This document shows, in pieces, positions 8,332 through 17,886 of a DNA stretch of 44,427 bases; within the stretch, counting starts at the first letter, position 1; every line of letters begins with the position of its first letter. Origin of the DNA: Planctomycetaceae bacterium (GTDB lineage Bacteria > Planctomycetota > Planctomycetia > Pirellulales > UBA1268). The notes beneath the pieces were generated by a model that saw nothing but the letters and a program-made list of their open reading frames with translations, was not told where the DNA came from and did no database searches. Both the position numbers and the translations under genes were made by a program. Where the stretch lies: assembly GCA_046094845.1 (NCBI GenBank), contig JBJTIE010000049.1, forward strand, positions 1 to 44,427, given 5' to 3'.

Positions 8332-9246
8332 ATGGCGCACACCACGCACCTTGATTCAATGACACTTGCCGGTGAAACCGTCGGCATCCTCGCCGGCTGG
8401 GGCCGCTATCCCGTCGTCGTCGCCGAGGCGATCCGCCGTCACGGCGGCCGCACGGCGATCCTCTCGATCCGCGACCATGCCGATGCGGCGCTTGAGCCCT
8501 TGGCCGATGCGTACGGCGACGTAGGCGTGGCCGAGATCGGCAAGGCGATCGACTTCTTCCGCAGCCACGGCGTCCACCGCGCGACGATGGCCGGCAAGAT
8601 CCACAAGACCACGCTCTTCGGCCGGGCCGCCTGGGCGCGGAACCTGCCCGACTGGGTCGGGCTCAAGACCTTCTGGCCCCACTTCGTGAGCCGCTGCCGC
8701 GATAACCGCGACGACTCGCTGCTCGGCGCGATCTCCGCCGCCTTCGATGGCCACGGCGTGACGATCTGTCCGGCCACCGACTTCGCGCCCGAGCTGCTCG
8801 CCGGCGAAGGGGTGCTCGCCGGCCGACCGCTCACCACGCGGCAGGAGGCCGACGTCGCCTTCGGCTGGCGGCTGGCGAAGGAGCTCGGCCGGCTCGACAT
8901 CGGCCAGACGGTCGTCGTGAAAAACCGGGCACCACTCGCGCTCGAGGCGATCGAGGGCACCGACGCCTGCATCCGCCGCGCCGGATCGCTCTGCCCGACC
9001 GGTGGCATGGTCGTGGTCAAGGTCGCGAAGCCGCAGCAGGATCTGCGGTTCGACATGCCGACGATCGGGATCGGCACGCTCGAGTCGCTCGCTGCTGCGG
9101 GTGCCACCGTGCTCGCGATCGAGGCGGGCCGCACGATCCTCGTCGATCGGCCGGCACTCGCGTCGTGCGCCGAGCGACACGGCATCACGATCGCAAGTTT
9201 CTGCGACGCCGCCGGCCTGCCGGCCATCCCTGCCGCAGCCGCCTGA
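8332..9246 (+). CDS. lpxI: UDP-2,3-diacylglucosamine diphosphatase LpxI (DUF1009)
   Basis: VGILAGWGRYPVVVAEA..., VVVKNRAPLALEAIEGTDACIRRAG and VVVKVAKPQQDLRFDMPTIGIGTLESLAAAGATVLAIEAGRTILVD. The start is uncertain (TTG 8317, ATG 8332 or ATG 8359). Confidence 0.8.
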   Translation: MAHTTHLDSMTLAGETVGILAGWGRYPVVVAEAIRRHGGRTAILSIRDHADAALEPLADAYGDVGVAEIGKAIDFFRSHGVHRATMAGKIHKTTLFGRAAWARNLPDWVGLKTFWPHFVSRCRDNRDDSLLGAISAAFDGHGVTICPATDFAPELLAGEGVLAGRPLTTRQEADVAFGWRLAKELGRLDIGQTVVVKNRAPLALEAIEGTDACIRRAGSLCPTGGMVVVKVAKPQQDLRFDMPTIGIGTLESLAAAGATVLAIEAGRTILVDRPALASCAERHGITIASFCDAAGLPAIPAAAA

Positions 9247-9261
9247 CGCAGGATCGAGGTT

Positions 9262-9334
9262 CGGAATCCCCGGCTCGCGCCTGGGGGCTTGTATTTCGTC
9301 ACATACAAGCCCTGAGCGCGAGCGAGGGGATCCC
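9262..9334. repeat. Family C repeat, inverted pair (C1 forward, 8-nt spacer, C2 reverse)
   Basis: CCCCGGCTCGCGCCTGGGGGCTTGTAT (9267-9293), spacer TTCGTCAC, then ATACAAGCCCTGAGCGCGAGCGAGGGG (9302-9328). Intergenic between lpxI and the methyltransferase. Confidence 0.55.
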
Positions 9335-9355
9335 ACGTTCCGCTACACTGCCACC

Positions 9356-10111
9356 ATGCAGATCCTCATATCGTTCGCGGTTCTCGTCGGCTTGCTCGCG
9401 GCCTCCGTTACCCACGGGCAGGCCGTCGTCGCCCCTGCCGCGGTGCCGATCGATGCGGCCATCGACGCCTCGGCCCCGATCCCCCCGGCGCAGACCCATC
9501 ACATGGGCCGCGAGATCGCGCAGACGATGCACTACACGGGTGCCCCCTGGCTCGTGCGTGAGAGCCGTCAGCGCGAGGAAGACTGCCGAATGCTGCTGGA
9601 GGCGCTCGCCATCCAACCCGGACAGACCGTGTGTGATCTCGGCTGTGGCAACGGCTTCTACACGCTCGAGTTGGCCCGTCAGGTCGGGCCTCGGGGCACG
9701 GTCTATGCCGTCGATATTCAGCCCGAGATGCTGCGGATGCTCGCCGAGCAGGCGGCGGCCGCGAACCTCCACACCATCAGGCCGGTCCTCGGCACGCCGA
9801 TCGATCCCCGGCTTCCTGCCGGTGAGGTCGACGTCGTGCTCTGCATCGATGTCTACCACGAGTTCTCGCATCCCGAGGCCATGCTCTCCCGGATCCGCGA
9901 CAGCCTCGCCGACGGGGGCCGGCTCGTGCTGGCGGAGTTCCGTGGCGAGGATGCGGCCGTGCCGATCAAGCCGCTCCACAAGATGACGAAGGCTCAGGTC
10001 CGGGCCGAACTGGAGCCCGCCGGGTTTGAACTGGCCCGGGAATTCGACCGCCTCCCCTGGCAACACCTGCTGTTTTGGGGGGTGCGACCGGACGCGAAAC
10101 GACCCAAATAA
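9356..10111 (+). CDS. Class I SAM-dependent methyltransferase with N-terminal signal peptide
   Basis: MQILISFAVLVGLLAASVTHGQA signal-like N-terminus. SAM motif I is VCDLGCGNGFYTLELA, followed by VYAVDIQPEML. Start moved to ATG 9356 inside ORF 9002..10111. Confidence 0.8.
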   Translation: MQILISFAVLVGLLAASVTHGQAVVAPAAVPIDAAIDASAPIPPAQTHHMGREIAQTMHYTGAPWLVRESRQREEDCRMLLEALAIQPGQTVCDLGCGNGFYTLELARQVGPRGTVYAVDIQPEMLRMLAEQAAAANLHTIRPVLGTPIDPRLPAGEVDVVLCIDVYHEFSHPEAMLSRIRDSLADGGRLVLAEFRGEDAAVPIKPLHKMTKAQVRAELEPAGFELAREFDRLPWQHLLFWGVRPDAKRPK

Positions 10112-10296
10112 CCCGATTTTCCACCGAAATCCGCTTTGTTTCCCGGACCGGCAGGCAGGCACCGGAAAAACTCCGGGATTTCGCATTCCCAGACATTGCA
10201 ACCGCCCTCGGCAGCCGTGATACTTTCAGGTGCTGAGCCGGGCCGGACACCTTCGCTGGATCCGATTTCCCCACAACGATCGCAGGGCAGCAGATC

Positions 10297-11346
10297 ATGG
10301 CCATACGCCCCCTGAGTTTCCGCGCGAGTGAATCCGCGGGACGCGATCCGCGCGGTGGCTCGCTCGATCCGGCGGTCGCAGTCGACGATCGTGGCGTGAA
10401 GTCGCCCGCCGTCGCCCCGACCTCGAACTGGGTGCTGGGGTCCAACGCCGCGATGCGGAGGATCGCGAAGTCGATCGAGCGCGCCGCCGAGGTCGAGTGC
10501 ACGGTGCTCGTCAGCGGTGAGACCGGTACCGGCAAGGAACTCTGGGCTCGGCTCCTGCATCGCAGCGGCCCACGCCGCTCCAAGGCCTTCAGCCCCGTCA
10601 ACTGCGCAGCCCTTACGCCAACGCTCGCCGAGAGCCAGCTCTTCGGCCATGAGAAGGGGGCGTTCACCGGTGCCGCCGGCAGGTCGCTCGGCATCTTCCG
10701 TGCCGCCCAAGGGGGCGTGGTGTTCCTCGACGAGATCGGGGAGATGCCGCCTGAACTGCAGCCCAAGTTGCTCCGCGTGCTCCAGCAGCGCGAGGTGATC
10801 CCTGTCGGTGCCACGGAACCCGTGCCGATCGATGTGCAGATCGTGGCGGCCACCAACCGCGACCTCGAGCAGGAAGTCGAGAAAGGCGGGTTTCGCGAGG
10901 ATCTCTACTACCGTCTCAACATGATCGAACTGCGGGTGCCTCCGCTCCGCGAGCGGCCGGAAGACATCCCGCAGTTCATCGAGTTCTTCGCCCACAAGTT
11001 CGCCGATCGGTATCGCCTGCCCGTCTGGGAGCCTTCCGCCGATGCCCTGGCGGAATTCTGCAGCTTCCAGTGGCCGGGCAACGTGCGGCAGCTCGAACAT
11101 GTGATCGAGCAGGCGTATGTGCTGCAGACCGAGCCCAAGGTGCCCGTGCGGTCGAATGCCCCGACATCTTCGGGCAAGCTCCCCTGCCTGGATCTCGCCA
11201 AGCTGCGTGAGCAGGCCATCAAGGAAGCGCTCGAGATCACCCGTGGCCACAAGGCTCGGGCCGCGAAGCTCCTCGGCGTGCATGCCAACACGATGACCAG
11301 GCTGCTGAAGGACATCGGCGCTCCCGACGCCGACGACGCCGAATAA
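10297..11346 (+). CDS. Sigma-54-dependent transcriptional activator (AAA+ bEBP) without a recognisable sensory domain
   Basis: Walker A is GETGTGKE. GAFTGA loop (GHEKGAFTGA), Walker B FLDEIGEM, WPGNVRQLEHVIEQA, and a C-terminal Fis-type HTH (KARAAKLLGVHANTMTRLLK). Only ~60 aa precede the AAA+ core. Confidence 0.9.
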   Translation: MAIRPLSFRASESAGRDPRGGSLDPAVAVDDRGVKSPAVAPTSNWVLGSNAAMRRIAKSIERAAEVECTVLVSGETGTGKELWARLLHRSGPRRSKAFSPVNCAALTPTLAESQLFGHEKGAFTGAAGRSLGIFRAAQGGVVFLDEIGEMPPELQPKLLRVLQQREVIPVGATEPVPIDVQIVAATNRDLEQEVEKGGFREDLYYRLNMIELRVPPLRERPEDIPQFIEFFAHKFADRYRLPVWEPSADALAEFCSFQWPGNVRQLEHVIEQAYVLQTEPKVPVRSNAPTSSGKLPCLDLAKLREQAIKEALEITRGHKARAAKLLGVHANTMTRLLKDIGAPDADDAE

Positions 11347-11360
11347 GGACGTTACGAGGA

Positions 11361-11444
11361 AGCCCCAAGGCGCAAGCCTGGGGATCGCGTTCCTGACGAC
11401 CCATTTCCTCGGCCTATCCCCTCGCTTGCGCTCAGGGCTTCGAT
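11361..11444. repeat. Family C repeat, inverted pair in head-to-head arrangement
   Basis: AGCCCCAAGGCGCAAGCCTGGGGA (reverse C1, 11361-11384) and TATCCCCTCGCTTGCGCTCAGGGCTTCGAT (C2, 11415-11444). Intergenic. Confidence 0.5.
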
Positions 11445-11460
11445 GAGGCCGGGGGATTCT

Positions 11461-11862
11461 TCAGCGCGGCAGCCGACAGGTGCCGTCTTCGCAACTGCCG
11501 GCGATGCGAAAGCGATGCCGGGCCACGAAGCGGTAGGCCGCCCTCCAGAGCGGCAGGCTGCCCGGCACATGCAGCGGCACCGCGAGCGGCCAGAGCAGCG
11601 GCAGCCGCCGCGACAGATACCGCACCGCCTCGGCACCACCGCGGGCATGCCCCGCACGATCGATCACGTACATCTGCGCATGGAGATCGTCTGCCGACAG
11701 CTCCGGGAAGTCCCGGGCCACGGCCGGCTCGTGCTGCGACACGAAATCGAGACTGCCGGCCAGATCCAGCCGCCGCAGCAACGCGATCTGGCTCCGGCAA
11801 AACCGACAATGCCCGTCGTAAATGACGGTGTCGCGACGTGGATGAGTGGCGGTGGTGATCAT
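11461..11862 (-). CDS. DCC-family thiol-disulfide oxidoreductase (DUF393)
   Basis: VIYDGHCRFCRSQIALLRRLD is the DUF393 CxxC signature. Start moved to M16 (11862) because the upstream part of the ORF overlaps a degenerate REP. Confidence 0.8.
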   Translation of the reverse strand: MITTATHPRRDTVIYDGHCRFCRSQIALLRRLDLAGSLDFVSQHEPAVARDFPELSADDLHAQMYVIDRAGHARGGAEAVRYLSRRLPLLWPLAVPLHVPGSLPLWRAAYRFVARHRFRIAGSCEDGTCRLPR

Positions 11863-11899
11863 GCGGCTGACCACTCGAATCGTAGCGCGATCCGGCACT

Positions 11900-11931
11900 C
11901 CGCACACTCCCCGTGCGGACCGGCGATACGG
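11900..11931. repeat. Degenerate family A REP remnant
   Basis: CCGCAC-ACTCCCC-GTGCGGAC...TACGG. It resembles CCGCACACGGAGTGTGCGGACTACGG but has an altered loop and an insertion. Confidence 0.35.
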
Positions 11932-12168
11932 CTAGCCGTGAAACCGCGGCGGCGGGGCGGACGATATCCCCTTGGCCGACGTGCAGAGGTGGAGGATCGT
12001 CACGGCACCGGCCGACAGAAGCGTCCACGGCGCCCAGTCGGGGGCGGTGAACTGCCGGGGCACGCCTTGCCCGTCGATCGGCAAGATGACCGCGGAATCA
12101 ATGAGCAGCATCTCGAAACCAACGACCGTGGCAAAGATTCCGGACGCGAGAAACACGCTCTTCCACAT
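11932..12168 (-). CDS. Small two-TM membrane protein (paralogue of 30994..31263)
   Basis: MWKSVFLASGIFATVVGFEMLLIDS...PDWAPWTLLSAGAVTIL. It shares the G-[FM]-x-[ML]-x-L-[IV]-[DE]-S and P-x-W...L-[LM]-SAGAV blocks with the other copy. GC3-rich. Confidence 0.55.
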   Translation of the reverse strand: MWKSVFLASGIFATVVGFEMLLIDSAVILPIDGQGVPRQFTAPDWAPWTLLSAGAVTILHLCTSAKGISSAPPPRFHG

Positions 12169-12345
12169 GGGACGTGAGACCGTCTGACCAGGCACGCGGG
12201 ATGTGGGACACGGGCGAAACGCCGCCGTGACCTATCGGTGTTTCGGACGTGGGAGTTCCCGGTCTGGAGTCCGCTGCCGCCGGCGCGGTCCGCGCCGGGC
12301 GTGCCGGGTGGTTGGGCGGCCCGCCGCTCCGCCCGTTGGCGGGCG

Positions 12346-14418
12346 TCAGGCCTCGGCCGAACCGGCGGCGGGCTCGGAATCGGCCGCCGGCCGCGGCGGC
12401 CGACGGTCGGTATCGGTGCCTGGCACGATCTGCGGAACGCCCATGGCGGCGTCCACGATCGTTTTCAGCTCGGCACCGTCCATGACTTCGCACTCGATGA
12501 GCCGCTGCGTGACCGCCTCCAGTGCCGCCCGCCGCACGTCGATGATCCGCCGCACCTTTTCCATCGAGGCGTCGATGATCCGCCGCACCTCTTCATCGAT
12601 CTCGCGGGCGGTCTGCTCGCTGTGACTGCGGGCGGCCGGCACTTCCGGCCCCGCACCCGCGAGAAACGGCGACCGCGAATTCTCGCGGTAGGTCACCCGG
12701 CCCAGCCGGCTCATGCCGTAATCCATGACCATCGCCCGCGCGATCTCGCTGGCCCGTTCCAGGTCGTTCTGGGCCCCGGTCGAGACGTCGGCATACACCA
12801 GTTCCTCGGCGATCGTGCCGGCCAGGAGCACCTGAATCCGGCTCTCGAGCTCGCTCTGCGTGAGCAGATAGCGGTCGTCTTCCGGCCGCTGCATGGTGTA
12901 GCCCAGGGCCGCAAGGCCGCGGGGAATGATTGACACCTTGTGGACGGGATCGGTGTTGGGCAGTGAAAACGCCACGAGGGCATGGGCCGCCTCGTGATAG
13001 GCAACCCGCTTCTTCTCATCCTCGTGGATCACCCGCTTCTTCTTCTCGAGCCCGGCCGTGACCCGTTCGACGCCCTCGTTGAACTCCTCCATGCCGACGG
13101 CCGTCTTGTTGTTGCGGGCCGCGAGCAGCGCCGCCTCGTTGACGAGGTTCGCCAGGTCAGCCCCCACGAAGCCCGACGTGATCCGGGCGATCTGCTCGAC
13201 GTCGACGCTCGGATCGAGCTTCACGTTGGCAACGTGCACTCGCAGGATCGCCTCCCGGCCGCGGACGTCGGGCCGATCGACGAGCACGTGGCGGTCGAAC
13301 CGGCCCGGCCGCAGGAGGGCCGGATCGAGTGTTTCGGGGCGGTTGGTCGCCGCCAGCACGATCACGCCGCTATTGCTGCCGAACCCGTCCATCTCCACGA
13401 GCAGCGCGTTGAGCGTCTGCTCCCGCTCGTCGTGACCGCCGACCACGCTCGTGCCGCGGGTCTTGCCCAAGGCGTCGAGCTCGTCGATGAAGATGATGCA
13501 CGGGGCCTTGGCCGCCGCCTGCTGGAACATGTCGCGGACCCGGGCGGCCCCCACGCCCACGAACATCTCCACGAAGTCGCTGCCCGACAGGCCGAAGAAG
13601 GGCACACCGGCCTCACCGGCGATCGCCTTGGCCAAGAGCGTCTTGCCCGTGCCCGGCGGACCGACGAGCAGCACGCCCTTGGGGATGTGGCCGCCGAGCG
13701 TCTGATACTTCTCGGGGCTGCGGAGAAACTCCACGACCTCTCGCAGTTCCTCGACGGCTTCGTCGATCCCCGCGATGTCGTCGAACGTGATCCCGAGATC
13801 CTCCTGGGCATACATCTTGCCGCGGCTGCGGCCGATGGCCATCGGACTTCCCGCGCCCCCGAGCCGCCGCATCATCACGAACAGCAGTCCGCCGAAGAGG
13901 CCGGTGAGCAGGAGCATCGGCAGCCAGTTCCGCCAGGGGCTCGGAGGATCCTCGTAGCGGAAGGGCACGGCGTGCCCCTTGAGGAGCTTCATCAGCTCCG
14001 ACTCCGAGTTCTCGCTCGGGAGCTTGGCGGTGGTGAACCTGCGGACAGACGCGGCGCCGCGGCCGACGGCCGCGGACTCGTCGTCGGCGTTCGTCTTGCC
14101 GACCGGGATCTCGCGGACCTTGCCCGACACCTGGAAGGCGCCGATGACCACGTCGTGCAGTCCGGCATAACGGGCCTCCGTCCTGCCCGACACGCCGTTC
14201 CGCTCGACGGCGACCCACTGGTCGCCCTCCGGGGCATCGGCGGCCACGATGAGCCGCTCCAGGTCGCTGTAGGAAAGTTCGACGTCCGGCGTCGTGCCGA
14301 CCAGGCTCAAGGCGAACAGGCTGGCCGCACCGGCGGCGATCAGTGACCAGACCAGGTTTCCGGCCAGTGCCGGCCGACGGTCGCCGGGCCGCTTGGGAGT
14401 CTCGCGTCGTTTTGTCAT
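12346..14418 (-). CDS. ftsH: ATP-dependent zinc metalloprotease FtsH
   Basis: [28 protein letters not shown] (Walker A), [11 protein letters not shown] (Walker B), the SRH region and the HEAAHAL zinc site. Start set at ATG 14418 (MTKRRETPK...); the 932-aa ORF extension is a run-on. Confidence 0.95.
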   Translation of the reverse strand: MTKRRETPKRPGDRRPALAGNLVWSLIAAGAASLFALSLVGTTPDVELSYSDLERLIVAADAPEGDQWVAVERNGVSGRTEARYAGLHDVVIGAFQVSGKVREIPVGKTNADDESAAVGRGAASVRRFTTAKLPSENSESELMKLLKGHAVPFRYEDPPSPWRNWLPMLLLTGLFGGLLFVMMRRLGGAGSPMAIGRSRGKMYAQEDLGITFDDIAGIDEAVEELREVVEFLRSPEKYQTLGGHIPKGVLLVGPPGTGKTLLAKAIAGEAGVPFFGLSGSDFVEMFVGVGAARVRDMFQQAAAKAPCIIFIDELDALGKTRGTSVVGGHDEREQTLNALLVEMDGFGSNSGVIVLAATNRPETLDPALLRPGRFDRHVLVDRPDVRGREAILRVHVANVKLDPSVDVEQIARITSGFVGADLANLVNEAALLAARNNKTAVGMEEFNEGVERVTAGLEKKKRVIHEDEKKRVAYHEAAHALVAFSLPNTDPVHKVSIIPRGLAALGYTMQRPEDDRYLLTQSELESRIQVLLAGTIAEELVYADVSTGAQNDLERASEIARAMVMDYGMSRLGRVTYRENSRSPFLAGAGPEVPAARSHSEQTAREIDEEVRRIIDASMEKVRRIIDVRRAALEAVTQRLIECEVMDGAELKTIVDAAMGVPQIVPGTDTDRRPPRPAADSEPAAGSAEA

Positions 14419-14617
14419 CGGGTATCCGGGGTAATGCCGCGGGAAAACCCCGCGATCGTCAATCGTAAGTGCGGACAGACCGCCCGACAAACCATCGGTA
14501 TCGTCCCGGGAACCGGGCAGGCGGACGCAGTCGCGGCCCCAGCCAAGTCGATGTGGAAGTTGAGCCGGGTATTTTCTAAGATTTCGGTAGGACTTGTCCC
14601 ACCACGCTGCCCCCATC

Positions 14618-15835
14618 ATGCCCTTCCGCCCCAGCGGTTCCGCCCCCGCGGGGCCACCGACGCCGACACAGCCGCCATGGGGCGGGCTTGCCGTCGCCGT
14701 TCTGGGTTCGACCGGGAGCATCGGCAAAAGCACGCTCGACGTGATCGCCGCCTCCGGCGGCATGTTCGTGCCGCACCTGCTCGCAGCCCACCGGAGTGTC
14801 GGCGTCCTGCTCGAACAGGCACGGGCATTTCGGCCGCGGTGGGTGGTCGTGACCGATCCCACTGCCGCCGCCGAGATCGGCGCGGACAGCCTGCCGCCGG
14901 GCACGCAACTGGCGGTCGGCGAAGAGGCGCTCGACGACCTCGTGGCCGCGCCGGTCGTCGAGCGGGTCGTGTCGGCGATCGTCGGGGCCGCGGGTCTCCG
15001 GAGCACGTGGGCGGCCGTGGCCGCCGGCAAGACCGTGGCCCTGGCCAACAAGGAGACGCTCGTGATGGCCGGGCCGCTCGTCATGCGGCTGGCCGCCGAC
15101 TCCGGAGCCACGATCCTCCCGGTGGACAGCGAACACTCCGCCATCCATCAGGCCCTCTGCTCGGGCCGCCCGACCGAGGTCGCCCGCATTCTGCTCACCG
15201 CCAGCGGCGGTCCGTTTCGCACGCGATCCCGCGAGTCACTCGCCACGGTCACGCCGGCCGAGGCGCTGCGACATCCCACCTGGTCGATGGGGCCGAAGAT
15301 CACGGTCGACTCCGCGACGATGATGAACAAGGCACTGGAGCTGATCGAGGCCCGCTGGCTGTTCGACGTGCCGGCCGACAAACTCGGCGTCGTGGTCCAC
15401 CCGCAGTCGATCGTGCACTCGCTGGTCGAGTTCGTCGATGGCTCGGTGATCGCCCAGATGAGCCCACCTGACATGCGGCTCCCGATTCAATACGCGCTCT
15501 CGTACCCCGATCGACTCCCGGGGCCGGCGCGGCGGATGGACTTCTCCCAGGCGGCGCGGCTCGACTTCGAGCCGCCGGATCCCAGCCGGTTTCCGGCCGT
15601 GCGGCTGGGCCACGAGGCGGCCGCGCGTGGCGGCACGGCGGGCGCCGTGCTCAACGCCGCCAACGAGGAGGCCGTCCGGGGCTTTCTCGACGGGGCCATC
15701 GCCTTCACCGACATTACGGACATTTGTGCGCGGCTGCTCGACGAGCATCCGTACCAGGCGGAGCCGACCCTCGACGAGGTGCTGCGGCTCGATGCCTGGG
15801 CAAGACAGGAGGTCGTCAAGTGGGCAATGGTCTGA
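14618..15835 (+). CDS. dxr: 1-deoxy-D-xylulose 5-phosphate reductoisomerase
   Basis: [46 protein letters not shown] and [13 protein letters not shown] are canonical Dxr blocks. Confidence 0.92.
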   Translation: MPFRPSGSAPAGPPTPTQPPWGGLAVAVLGSTGSIGKSTLDVIAASGGMFVPHLLAAHRSVGVLLEQARAFRPRWVVVTDPTAAAEIGADSLPPGTQLAVGEEALDDLVAAPVVERVVSAIVGAAGLRSTWAAVAAGKTVALANKETLVMAGPLVMRLAADSGATILPVDSEHSAIHQALCSGRPTEVARILLTASGGPFRTRSRESLATVTPAEALRHPTWSMGPKITVDSATMMNKALELIEARWLFDVPADKLGVVVHPQSIVHSLVEFVDGSVIAQMSPPDMRLPIQYALSYPDRLPGPARRMDFSQAARLDFEPPDPSRFPAVRLGHEAAARGGTAGAVLNAANEEAVRGFLDGAIAFTDITDICARLLDEHPYQAEPTLDEVLRLDAWARQEVVKWAMV

Positions 15836-17886
15836 TTGGATTCGCTCCCTGCATCGCGGCAACGTGGGTGGAATGGCTGGCGCAGCCCGCCAACTGGTGG
15901 GTCATCATCCAGGTGGCCGGCGGCCTCGGGTTCGTGATCTTCGTGCACGAGCTGGGCCACTTCCTCGTCGCCAAAGCCTGCGGCGTGAAGTGCGAGAAGT
16001 TTTATCTCGGCTTCGACGTCGGCGGCGCCAAGCTCTGCAGCTTCAGGTGGGGCGAGACGGAGTATGGCATCGGTGCCCTGCCGCTCGGTGGCTACGTGAA
16101 GATGCTCGGCCAGGACGACAACCCCGCGGCGGCGGCGGCCGAGGCGGAGCGGGCCCGACTCTCTGGCGACCTGCCCCCCGAGCCGACGGCCGGCCCGCAT
16201 CCAGCCTGGGATCCCCGCAGCTATCCCGCCCAGAGCGTGCCCAAGCGGATGGCGATCATCTCGGCCGGCGTGATCATGAACGTGATCTTCGCCGTCTTGA
16301 TGGCGTCGTGGGCGTTCGGCCTCGGCGTTCGCGAGATGACCTGCGAGGTGTCGAGCGTGCGGCCGGGCGGCGCGGCTTGGCGGGCCGGCCTGCGGACGGG
16401 CGACGAGATCACGGCGATCGGCGGCAGAAAGGATCCGATCTTCAATGACCTGCGGCATGGCGTCACCGTTGGCAGCGTGGCCAAGGGCATCGAGTTCACG
16501 GTTCGCCGCCCCGCCGACGACACGACCCGCACGGTGCTCCTGAAGCCTGATACCGACCTCGGCGCACCGACGATCGGCGTCACGAACCCGCTCTCGCTCA
16601 CGTTGCCGGCCGACCTCCGCAAGGGGCTCGTCGGCGGCGCGGCAGCCGCCACGCCCGCACTCGCGGGTGGCGACACGATCACGGCGGTCGATGGCGCACC
16701 GGTGGCGTCGTACGCAGAACTGATCGCCACGCTCTCCCAGGCCGCGTCGAGGGCCGTGATACTCACGATCGAACGACGGCCCCAGGGCGCGAAGCCGGGC
16801 ACCCCGGCGGAGACGCTCTCGATCGAGTTGCCGGCGGAGCCGGCCCGCACGACCGGCCTCGTCATGACGCCGCGGACGATCTCGGCCGTACAGGATGGCT
16901 CACCGGCGGCGGCCGCCGGCCTGCGGCCCGGCGACCGACTGGTGGCCGTCGCTGGCGAACCGGTCGGCGATCCGCTCACGCTCGACGCCCGGCTCGCGGC
17001 TCGCGCCGGCCAGACCGTGACGCTTACGGTCGGTCGCGACGATGCCGCCGATCGTACGGTGGAGATCACGCCGCGGGCCGTCACCTGGATCGATAACGAG
17101 GCCAATTGGCCGTCGAGCCCGGCGTCGATCGGCGCGATCGGCATCGCCCTGGTGGTGGACTCCCTCGTGGCTGCGGTCGAGCCCGGCAGTCCGGCGGCCG
17201 CGGCCGATATCGCGGTTGGCGACAAGGTGGTGCGGGCCCGGTTCATCGATCCCGACGCCAAGGCCGACGAGCCAGACGACGGCGTCGAACTGTCGGAGCA
17301 GGCGCCCAACTGGGTGGCCGTCGCCGCCGTGCTCCAGCGGGTGCCGGCTGACACCGTCCTGCGGCTCACCGTCGAGAACGCCGCCGGCCGTCGCGAGGTC
17401 GATCTCACGGCCAGCGCGGCAGCCGATCGGTTCGTCATCGATCGTGGCCTCGTGTTCGACCCGGTCTACAAGACGGTGCGGGCAGGTTCTGTCGGAGCGG
17501 CCTTCGCCCGCGGCAGCCGCAAGGCCATGGAGGACCTGTCGCTCGTCTCCAGCTTTCTCCAAAAGCTCACGAGCAACCAGATCAGCCCCCGGCTGCTCGG
17601 CGGCCCCATCGAAATCGCCAAGCAGGCCGGTCGGTCGGCCCAGGAGGGATTCGGGCGGCTGCTGCTGTTTTTGACGATGTTGAGCGCGAATCTCGCGGTC
17701 GTGAATTTTCTGCCCATCCCCGTGCTCGACGGCGGGCATATGGTGTTCTTGTTGTACGAACTCATCCGCGGAAAGCCGCCGAGTGAGAACGTGGTGGCGG
17801 TGCTGTCGTACCTCGGCCTCGCCCTCATCCTCACGCTGATGATGTTCGTGTTCGGCCTCGACCTCGGACTCATTCCCCGCCGCTGA
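15820..17886 (+). CDS. rseP: RIP site-2 metalloprotease RseP (M50) with expanded multi-PDZ region
   Basis: HELGH zinc motif (FVHELGHFLVAKACG) and C-terminal NLAVVNFLPIPVLDGGH. PDZ-like segments lie between them. GTG 15820 is preceded by CAGGAGG and overlaps the dxr end by 16 nt. Confidence 0.88.
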   Translation: MGNGLIGFAPCIAATWVEWLAQPANWWVIIQVAGGLGFVIFVHELGHFLVAKACGVKCEKFYLGFDVGGAKLCSFRWGETEYGIGALPLGGYVKMLGQDDNPAAAAAEAERARLSGDLPPEPTAGPHPAWDPRSYPAQSVPKRMAIISAGVIMNVIFAVLMASWAFGLGVREMTCEVSSVRPGGAAWRAGLRTGDEITAIGGRKDPIFNDLRHGVTVGSVAKGIEFTVRRPADDTTRTVLLKPDTDLGAPTIGVTNPLSLTLPADLRKGLVGGAAAATPALAGGDTITAVDGAPVASYAELIATLSQAASRAVILTIERRPQGAKPGTPAETLSIELPAEPARTTGLVMTPRTISAVQDGSPAAAAGLRPGDRLVAVAGEPVGDPLTLDARLAARAGQTVTLTVGRDDAADRTVEITPRAVTWIDNEANWPSSPASIGAIGIALVVDSLVAAVEPGSPAAAADIAVGDKVVRARFIDPDAKADEPDDGVELSEQAPNWVAVAAVLQRVPADTVLRLTVENAAGRREVDLTASAAADRFVIDRGLVFDPVYKTVRAGSVGAAFARGSRKAMEDLSLVSSFLQKLTSNQISPRLLGGPIEIAKQAGRSAQEGFGRLLLFLTMLSANLAVVNFLPIPVLDGGHMVFLLYELIRGKPPSENVVAVLSYLGLALILTLMMFVFGLDLGLIPRR

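Noticed and set aside
5576-9336. Long minus-strand ORFs 5576..7036, 7138..8349, 8356..9336 and 8439..9308
   Set aside because: They are antisense shadows of the NupG-like, lpxD and lpxI genes. Their translations are dominated by Arg/Gly/His/Asp/Glu/Pro runs with no motifs, as expected for stop-codon-poor high-GC DNA.
12409-12423. TGGCACGATCTGC resembling a -24/-12 element
   Set aside because: The spacing is 2 nt too short. It lies on the plus strand inside the minus-strand ftsH CDS.
14419-15144. 242-codon N-terminal extension of the FtsH ORF (932 aa)
   Set aside because: It is antisense to dxr. The extension has no FtsH-like sequence, and a canonical FtsH N-terminus (basic stretch plus TM) begins at ATG 14418.
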